From an uncultured Acidobacteriota bacterium (lineage in GTDB: Bacteria; Acidobacteriota; UBA6911; RPQK01; JAPXNP01): a stretch of DNA of 10,668 nt. Position numbers and translations under genes: made by a program. Below, piece by piece: positions 1 through 7,104 of this stretch. The notes below the pieces were generated by a model. It was not told where the DNA came from. It saw nothing but the letters and a program-made list of their open reading frames with translations, and made no database searches. The DNA is taken from the NCBI GenBank assembly GCA_963777605.1, contig CAVZRV010000002.1:1-10668 (forward strand). Direction: 5' to 3'. The stretch's first letter is position 1. Each line of letters begins with the position of its first letter.

Positions 1-149
1 CTCGCGGGACCCTGTTTTCAACAGAAGCACCTTGGGCCCTCTCGGGCGTTTCTGTCGTTCCCTCAGCGTTTCGGAGGAGAGTTGGACTTTGGGCAGACAA
101 TCAGCTTGACTTGGAATATAGGTTGCAATTCACTCAAAGGGAGAAATCG

Positions 150-2294
150 ATGCAATCAGATCGGTACTGCTCTCTCTTTGTGGCTGCCTTTGTACTGCTG
201 GTGACTTTCTTTAATGCTTCCGTCTTCTGCGGAACCTTCAGGTATCTTTGGCAGGGCCAGCTCAACAACTCGGGAACCGTGGCGTTTTCGGCCGGACTTG
301 AGGATGGCAGTCCCGATCCGAACGGGCTCTTCTTGAGGTTACACGGCGACACGATTCGGGCTATCGCCGTTCTCGGGGAAGTGTCCCCGGTGCCTGGGTT
401 CACCTACCAGGAGATCGGGGATTTCTATCTCAACAACCGGAACAACATTCTCTTCGGCGCGACACTTCAAAACGGAGACAAGTCGTTGAAAGGCGTCTTT
501 CTCTACCTGCATGACGAGCGACGGGTGAAGGCATTGGTCCTGCCTCAGGATGCGGCCATAGACCATCCCATTCAGACGGTATCCGCTTTTGGACTCAACG
601 ACCGGGATCAAGCCATCTTCAGATCGCCCTCGTGATCACTCCCTGCTCGGACCCGACCAAATGCAGAGCGGTCACTGAGGCCAGATTTTGCGAGTACGAT
701 CGAAATCGAGACGAACTGGCGCTTCTTGCCCAGGAGGGCGGTCAAGCGCCCGGAGGCGGAACGTTCACGACAATCGGCAACCCGTGCGCCATTAATGACC
801 GAGGGACGGTGGTCTTTTACGGTCAAGGGTCCGAACCCGGAGTGTCGTCATTCAATGACCTCTTCATCAAGCGATCCAGTTCGTCCCCGGTCGAGCGGCT
901 CTACGTGAGCGGCCCAGGGACCGACTTGTACCTTCCGGTTTCGGTTCAACTGACCGATTCCGATGCGTCTCCCGTTCTGTTTTCCGCCTACTACCCGAGC
1001 CCCTCCGCTCCGCCCTACGGCGGGCTGTTTGGACTTACCGAAGAAGGGCTTAACACGCTTGCGACAGACGGGCAGACGGTCGATAACATTGAAATCAACC
1101 TGCGTTTCATGTCGGGGTTCCTGGGTCAGTACACCGAGCATTTCGACCCTCCTGCCACCGTGTTGTTGAACGACGGCCTGGTGATCTTCACCGACCACCT
1201 CAACAACACCTTCGCGACATCGATGCAGAACGAACTGTTGGTTTTCCTTTCCGGGGAATCCCAACCGGTCGTGATCGAAGGGAGGAGCTACGTCCCGTTG
1301 CTCCATGGGCCAGCCTGCCGGTCCTACCAGTGATGGACATCTCGTCGGACCGCACAACGACGCGGGGCAGGTCGCCTTTCGGACTACCAGAGGAGATCTG
1401 CTGCTATTCAATGCTTCCTCGGGGTTCCACAGGGCGCTCGACAACGGAAGCCCGGTCCCAGGCACGGCCCAGTCGGTCTTCGATACGATTGAGCCCCTGG
1501 ATATGAATGACACCCAGGTGCTTTTCTCTGGAACTTTCTCGTTGAGCCAATCGGGTCTTTTTCTGCTGGATACTCAAACCGGAGTGGTTCAGAAGGTCGT
1601 CGCGCGAAACGAAGTCGCTCCCGGAGCCCCCTTGTCCCTGACTCACGTATTTCCGCAGTTTGCGGATGGATCTTACGAAGACGGTTCCATCAAGACCGCC
1701 TTCCTCCTCGTCAACTCGACTTCGTTCGAAAACGTCGTCTCGCTGAACTTCCGAACCTCCGACGGATCAGCGGCCAATGTCTCGATCGGCGGCGAAACCG
1801 CAGATCACTTCAGCTTCTCTTTGGCCCCGAAAGGAAGTGCCCTCGTCCAGACCCAGGCCATCGGACCGATTCAAAATGGCTACGTCCTCCTCGAATCGGA
1901 GGGAGAGATGGCCGCCTCGGAGATCTTCGCGGTCTTTGACGCTGAAGGCAATCGCGTGACCGAGGCGGGAGTCTTGCCCTCCCTTCCGGGGAGGCACTTC
2001 ACGCTTGGAGTTGAGGCACAGAACGATGTAAACACTGGAGTCGCATTGGTCAACTTGAGCGGCGAGGAGGCCGATCTCGTCTTTATCGCCCGCGACCAGG
2101 CCGGCAACATCGTTGCCTCGATAGAGCAAACGCTTGGACCAAATGAGCATCTTGCGGAATACGTCGCCGGAGAGTTGTTCACAGACCTGGAGACCCTGGT
2201 TGGAAGTGTGGAGGTGGTTTCCTCGGTCGAGGTCCACAAGTTGACACTCCGGTCGGGGGCGCATTCACTGACGACACTTCGGATCGCTGATTAA
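150..2294 (+). pseudogene. Secreted NxxGxxAF tandem-repeat (predicted beta-propeller) protein with C-terminal ~215-aa 'FPQFADG' domain; interrupted by two frameshifts (pseudogene or sequence errors)
   Basis: Three consecutive ORFs (150-635, 632-1333, 1305-2294) read as one protein. SD AAGGGAG precedes ATG150, followed by a hydrophobic signal peptide (SLFVAAFVLLVTFFNASVFC). About 8 repeats follow: LNNSGTVAF, LNNRNNILF, LNDRDQAIF, INDRGTVVF, LTDSDASPVLF, LLNDGLVIF, HNDAGQVAF, MNDTQVLF. The HVFPQFADG...TGVALVN...TTL domain starts at ~1644. Frame changes lie near 620 and within 1275-1333. The family call comes from motif recognition only. Confidence 0.75.
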
Positions 2295-2300
2295 CCTCAG

Positions 2301-2337
2301 TCCCCGGCATCGGGATGAAGGAAGGCTCTCTTCTTCA
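2301..2337 (+). terminator. Possible weak hairpins downstream of the repeat-protein gene
   Basis: Imperfect stems tccccg-gcat-cggga (2301-2315) and tgaaggaag-gctct-cttcttca (2316-2337) lie right after TAA 2294. There is no clear U-tract. Confidence 0.25.
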
Positions 2338-2348
2338 CCGGTTCTCCT

Positions 2349-2567
2349 GGGGACAGTCCCCCTTAGTAAGCCTTCCCCTTAATAAGCCTTGCGAGGAGTG
2401 TCCCCTTGGACGTATTGGCACCAGTCCGGCCCCTAAAGGAGAGAGGGAAATGGGGAAATGGGGGAGTGTCCCTATGACGCGTTTCTCCCTCTGACGCGTT
2501 CGCGATACCCCTTCTATCAAGACAGTGTCCCTTGGACCGCTTCTCTCTCCCTTGGACCGCTTCTCTC
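2349..2567. repeat. Cluster of GGGACAS / GTGTCCC motifs with short tandem duplications (REP-like, resembling GGGGWSAS repeats linked to group-2 RAYT transposases)
   Basis: Palindrome ggggac-a-gtcccc at 2349-2361; gtgtccc at 2398, 2466 and 2525. Tandem duplications of 16 bp (2359-2374/2375-2390, 1 mismatch), 17 bp (2469-2485/2486-2502, imperfect) and 20 bp (2528-2547/2548-2567, perfect), plus ggaaatgg x2 near 2446-2461. Confidence 0.7.
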
Positions 2568-2697
2568 CAGTTAGGATGGTTGGAAGGCTCGGAGAATGCT
2601 ATTCTGGCTTTAGCCGTCACGTCCATTTCCTGACTTTCCTTGCGTCAAGCTTTTTTTCGACTGGTTATGCCTACGGCCGGTGGAGGTCGGTTGCCGC

Positions 2698-4047
2698 ATG
2701 AGGATCAGAGAGAAATCTCAAAACCTGTACGAATACGTCGTCAAAAGCATCGCTTTCTACCCGACGTTCATTGCCGTACTGTTTTTCGCGGTCGCTGTTC
2801 TGATGATCAGCCTGGAAGGTTCAGGGCTCTTCGAAAGCCTTTCGGACACAGCTCCCTATTTGTTCATCAGCAGCGCGACCACAGCCCAGACGTTCCTGGG
2901 AACCGTGGCTGGAGGCATCCTCTCGTTGACGGTTTTCTCGTTTACGATGATCATGCTGGTGATCAACCAGGCATCTTCGATTTATTCCCCGAGAGTCGTG
3001 CCTGGACTCATCTCACAGAGGAAGCATCAGATCGTTCTCGGATTCTATGTAGGGACGGTCATCTATGCGCTACTGATTCTGATCAATGTGGGAAGAGAGG
3101 GCGGTCGAGTGCCAGGAACCTCGGTCTTCCTTGCGCTGGTCTTTGCCATCTCCTGCCTGGTCCTTTTCGTCTACTTCATTCATTCGATCTCGAGATCCGT
3201 CCAGATCGGGACCATTCTGGAGTCCCTCTACTCCGTTACCAGGGCCGGACTCGAGGAAGAACGAACGAGGCCGTCTTCCCAACCTTCCGAAAATGCTTCG
3301 CCTGACGATTCGTCCGATTGGGTGGCGGTCTACGGAAGGAGAACCGGTTACTTGCAGGAGATCGAAGAGAGCAAGCTCGCTAAGATTGCCAGCGAATACG
3401 ACCTCACGATCCGGATGATGGTTCCGATCGGATCGTACCTGCTCAAGGACGATCTTCTGTTTCTCACCAACCAGGACCTGGGAGACGAAAACTTGAGGGA
3501 GCAGATTTTGGACTGCTTCATCTACCACTCCATAGAACTGCCCAGTGAAAACTATCTTTTCGGCTTCAAGCAGATTACGGAAATCGCCCTGAAGGCCATG
3601 AGTCCGGGAATCAACGATATGGGAACGGCGATAAACGCGATCGACTATCTCTCTGACCTGTTTGCGATCCGGATGGAACTGAACGATCAGAGAGAAATCA
3701 AGGACGAGGACGGGACTGTGCGAGTCATCCTGAAGATTGTTTCCCTGGAACAGGTGGCGTATTTCTGTTTCTCGCCACTCCGAACCTACGGCCGCAGAGA
3801 TCCGATCTTGACGCTGAGACTCCTGGCCGCCGTCAAGAGTCTTCTGATTGTTGCCGTCAAGAAGTGGCCGCACTTTTCCGACGTCTGGCTCGCCACCGTC
3901 AAAGCCATCGTGGAAGACGCCGGCTGGAATATCACCAATTCCACCGATCGAATTCACTTAAATGACATCGTCAATGAGATGGAACAAATCAGTGGCGTAG
4001 AACTCCCCCAACTACCCACCGGCAGTGGGGAATTTGTTGAGTTGTAG
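2698..4047 (+). CDS. DUF2254 family predicted membrane protein
   Basis: SD GGAGGT (2682-2687) precedes ATG2698. There are about 4 N-terminal TM segments and family motifs LSLTVFSFTMIMLVINQASSIYSPRV, LGFYVGT, GYLQEI and FGFKQITEIALKAMSPGINDMGTAINAID. Confidence 0.9.
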   Translation: MRIREKSQNLYEYVVKSIAFYPTFIAVLFFAVAVLMISLEGSGLFESLSDTAPYLFISSATTAQTFLGTVAGGILSLTVFSFTMIMLVINQASSIYSPRVVPGLISQRKHQIVLGFYVGTVIYALLILINVGREGGRVPGTSVFLALVFAISCLVLFVYFIHSISRSVQIGTILESLYSVTRAGLEEERTRPSSQPSENASPDDSSDWVAVYGRRTGYLQEIEESKLAKIASEYDLTIRMMVPIGSYLLKDDLLFLTNQDLGDENLREQILDCFIYHSIELPSENYLFGFKQITEIALKAMSPGINDMGTAINAIDYLSDLFAIRMELNDQREIKDEDGTVRVILKIVSLEQVAYFCFSPLRTYGRRDPILTLRLLAAVKSLLIVAVKKWPHFSDVWLATVKAIVEDAGWNITNSTDRIHLNDIVNEMEQISGVELPQLPTGSGEFVEL

Positions 4048-4294
4048 TCCTGCCGGAATCGGGACGTTCTGCCAGCCCAACGTTGATAATGCAAATCCCC
4101 GTGTAGCCCAAGTTCGACAGTTGAAGGGTATAAATCTCGGTAAGTTCTTTAGATTCAGTCTTCGGTTTTAGTTCTCTCCACTACACGCACTCGCCGGAAA
4201 ATCCCCACTGAAACCACTGAAGTTTTCGACAAGAATGAGTCAAAATTTTTGGAATACCAGCCCCGCTGCGCGGAGTATCCATTCCCAAGCAGTG

Positions 4295-6230
4295 TCACCA
4301 CCCTGGAACTTCTTCCGTGACGGGAAGGGTCGCGTATTCGCTGTCGGTCAGGAGGATCAGCGTGGCGGCGCACTCGGCATTGCTGCGGGCCCGGATTGTG
4401 CCGGAGAAGGACGCAAGATCCACCCCCGGGTCCCATTCGACTTCGTTGACTAAGCGGGCCCAGTGCCCGTGAGCGGGAAGCGGAATGTCGGCTGCGGCGA
4501 CAGTCTGACCCGATTCGTCGATCAGTTCGAGTTCGATCGTCTGTGCCTCGTCGAATCCCATCAGCGCCAATCCGGTGCTCAGGCCGTCTCCAAAGCGTAC
4601 CGGAGACCGAAATCCGCTGACCCGTTGACTGCTGTGGACGGCGGCCAGGCCGTTGGACCCGTGATAGAGCAGGTAGCCTCCCAGGGGCACGATCGATCGA
4701 ATCGTGACCGATCCGACCTGAAGGGGACCCGCCGCACTGCCTGCAAGGGTGGTGCTGCCGTTCGGCGGCAGGTAAACGCTCGTTCGGCCGGTCACCGTCT
4801 CGCCGTTGAGCGTGGTGGAGATCCAATCTCCCGCGTCATCCCGGATTTCGATGACGGCATTCGAGGCCGTCGTCGTGGCATTGAACAGCGTGATGTCGCT
4901 CGAAATCCAGGCTGATCCTTCGGAACCCGCTCCAAACTGGGGGAAGTGGAGATACTGATTTTGTTCCTCCACTGGTTGGGCGAGGAAGAGTCCGTCCCCT
5001 TCGATGCTCCCCTGGACCGCCTCGGCGAAGACGATCTCGTTCAGGTTGTTCATCGCCACCTGGGCAATGCGCCCCGCAAAGAGGGACCCGAACTGCGCTC
5101 CGGGCAAGCCCGGGATCGGGTCGTTCGGTCCGGCAACCCGGGTCAAACCTTTCGGCCCGGCATAAAGCACGCTCCCCGCTTCGCCACCGACCAACTCGGT
5201 TTCCGGTCTGCCAGTTGCCGGCAAAAGCCACCGCCCCGTTATTGTTCAGGTCCAGGTCTACGAACGTACCGCCTCGAGGGGCGCTGAGGTTTCCGATTTG
5301 ATAGGACGCCAGGTCGGCTTCCGCAATGTTGTATCGGAACAGGCTGGTCCTTCCGTTGTCGAGACCGGCACTGAATACGAGGTCCCCATCATCATTCAGA
5401 ACGGGATTTTCCAGATCCGCCTCGAAGTGGACGGCGCACCAAGAGTTCGGGCACAGGTGGGGGAGCAGATCTCCTTCCGATGCAACGCGGGTCACCTCTC
5501 CGTTCGAAAGAAGGCTGATGTGCAGGCCGGGCTGATCGGAGTTGAGCTGCCCCGTCACCCACTGTTCCTCGAAGGCGATTTGACCTTCGCGGTTGAGCGA
5601 AAGGGCCGTCGGGACCACGTCCTGGTATTCGGTCGGAATCGCGGGGGTGAATTGCCCGTCCGCGGCAAGAAAGAGGCGGATGCCATTATTGGCCGTGCCG
5701 CCGGTAAACGCAATCTGATCCAGGTCATTCAGCGCAAAGTCCGCGATCGAAGTGGGCTCGGTAAAGGTGCCGTAGTCCACCTCGACGACGGTGGACCATG
5801 CTCCGTCGGCGTAGAGGAATATCCCTCCGAAGGGAGCCCGGATCGCGACATGGCCGCGGTTGTTGATCCGCAGGTCGTGCACGCTGAGATCGGTTGCACC
5901 GGTGGGAAGAGGATCTCCCGAGAGGTAGAGCGGTTGGATCTCCCCGTCGTCGAAAAGAAAAACACCACCGGTCGTGGAACCGTTCAGGACGGTGGCGCCG
6001 AAGACGACCTGACCCAGATCATTGACGTCGAACTTGCCGAAGCGGTTGAAGGTGCCTCCCGCCGTGCCCGGCGCGGGATCGCCGGTCAGGACGAGCGGTC
6101 GGATGGTGAAGTCCTCGGCACCGAGGCACCCCCCGATTCCGGCCCAAAGCAGCAGGCTCGCAATCAGGCCGAATTGCGCAAGCGATCTGAACCGTACAAG
6201 ACAAAAGGCATGACGAACTTGAGTAGGCAT
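4295..6230 (-). pseudogene. Second secreted NxxGxxAF tandem-repeat (7-repeat, predicted beta-propeller) protein with C-terminal 'FPQFGAG' domain; one frameshift near 5200-5215
   Basis: ATG6230 has SD GGGGAG and is followed by a signal peptide (FGLIASLLLWAGIGGCLGA). Repeats in ORF 4836-6230: VNDLGQVVF, INNRGHVAI, LNDLDQIAF, LNREGQIAF, LNDDGDLVF, LNNNGAVAF. After AFAGNWQT the sense continues in the +1 frame (ORF 4295-5224: GSVLYAGP...VAGPNDPIPG...MNNLNEIVF...YLHFPQFGAG...STGLALM...YATLPV). Confidence 0.75.
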
Positions 6231-6273
6231 CGTTTGACTCTCCCCTGGTTTCTCATCATCAAACCCAGCCCAC

Positions 6274-6564
6274 CTAGGGATCCGGCAGGACCGGGAAGGT
6301 ACTCCAGTAGGTGTCGTCGACCCGAATCACCACCGCAGCCAGGTCGATTGAACTCGTAAACTCTGCTGTCCCCTGGAACCGATCTGGGCTTCGATTGACC
6401 AGCGTGAACTCGGTGGCAAAGTACTCGTCGGGATGCGTCGGCTCGTTGGCACCGTCGGCAACCTGGGGAATCCAGATGGTGGCCGCCTGGATCTCAGCGG
6501 TTCCGGTGAATATGGTGAGCAGACCCAGTGCAAGGAGACATAAAGACGGCGGTAGTTTCACCAT
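6274..6564 (-). CDS. Small secreted protein (96 aa) related to the C-terminal domain of the two repeat proteins; possibly an internally deleted remnant
   Basis: A signal peptide (SLCLLALGLLTIFTGTAEIQA) precedes IWIPQVADG...YFATEFTLVN, matching the domain start. FQGTAEFTSSIDLAAVVIRVDDTYWSTFPV matches the domain end. The ORF lies 43 bp upstream of, and co-directional with, the 6230 gene. Confidence 0.65.
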   Translation of the reverse strand: MVKLPPSLCLLALGLLTIFTGTAEIQAATIWIPQVADGANEPTHPDEYFATEFTLVNRSPDRFQGTAEFTSSIDLAAVVIRVDDTYWSTFPVLPDP

Positions 6565-7037
6565 GACCTAAAAGTTAAGCACTGACCGTACCAGTGTCCA
6601 CCTCGAACTCAATGAATCGTTTATGTGGCCGCGTTTGCGGGGATAACAGCACATCCTGGGTTTCGCCGGCCACTGGTCCCACGGCCAAGGAGCTCTTACG
6701 GTTGTGTCCGATTGACCCACAGAATTGGTATTCTGCCACCAAATCGGTGACACGCACATAATTGGCTCATAAACTCCCGTCAATTAACACTTTCAGTCCA
6801 GAGCTGGCACCCATTTCAGCGGATCGCTGGGAGGATCAGCCTGATGAAGTGATCTGTCGCGAGCTTTTCCGAGGTCTGTCACTCTGTAGGCACGGCGGGC
6901 AAAGTCAACTCCCGGCCTCCGGTGACGATTCGACCGAATTCCTTGAAATTGGGGCCAGACCGCTCACGGAATCTTTTTTTCAGGTACTTACGCTGCAAAT
7001 CGGTGCGTGTCACTTCCGTGCGACGCGCCGGAATCGG

Positions 7038-7066
7038 TAGTCAAAGATCGAGTGGGTTTCTATAAT
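7038..7066 (+). promoter_or_regulatory. sigma70-type promoter of the peroxiredoxin gene
   Basis: TAGTCA (7038-7043, 4/6 match to TTGACA), a 17-nt spacer and a perfect TATAAT (7061-7066), about 26 nt upstream of SD AAGGAGG (7093-7099). Confidence 0.7.
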
Positions 7067-7104
7067 GAAGGCTGGACAGCAAACCTATCCGGAAGGAGGG
7101 AATG

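Noticed and set aside
633-1333. TGA codons at 633 and 1331 as additional selenocysteines
   Set aside because: Read-through in the same frame gives no repeat-like sequence, homology continues in a different frame, and there is no redox motif or convincing SECIS.
2349-2567. CRISPR array
   Set aside because: The shared core is only about 8-11 nt, spacing is irregular, the repeated units are adjacent duplications rather than repeat-spacer units, and no cas genes are present.
4085-4103. Fur/PerR-like box (GATAATGCAAATC...)
   Set aside because: Only a half-site-like match (about 12/19), and it lies between two stop codons with no downstream gene to regulate.
4836-5200. Arg-rich C-terminal tail of ORF 4836-6230 as real protein
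   Set aside because: It is out-of-frame read-through after the frameshift; the overlapping frame carries the repeat and domain motifs.
610-5226. Programmed ribosomal frameshifting or phase-variable homopolymers at the three junctions
   Set aside because: No X_XXY_YYZ slippery heptamer, long homopolymer or simple-sequence repeat is visible at any junction.
6565-7037. Small ORFs or riboswitch in the divergent region upstream of prxU
   Set aside because: The ORFs (6568-6783, 6575-6757, 6762-7040) lack SDs and motifs. Only a short CAGAAT/ATTCTG palindrome (6720-6735) was seen, and no known RNA motif was recognised.
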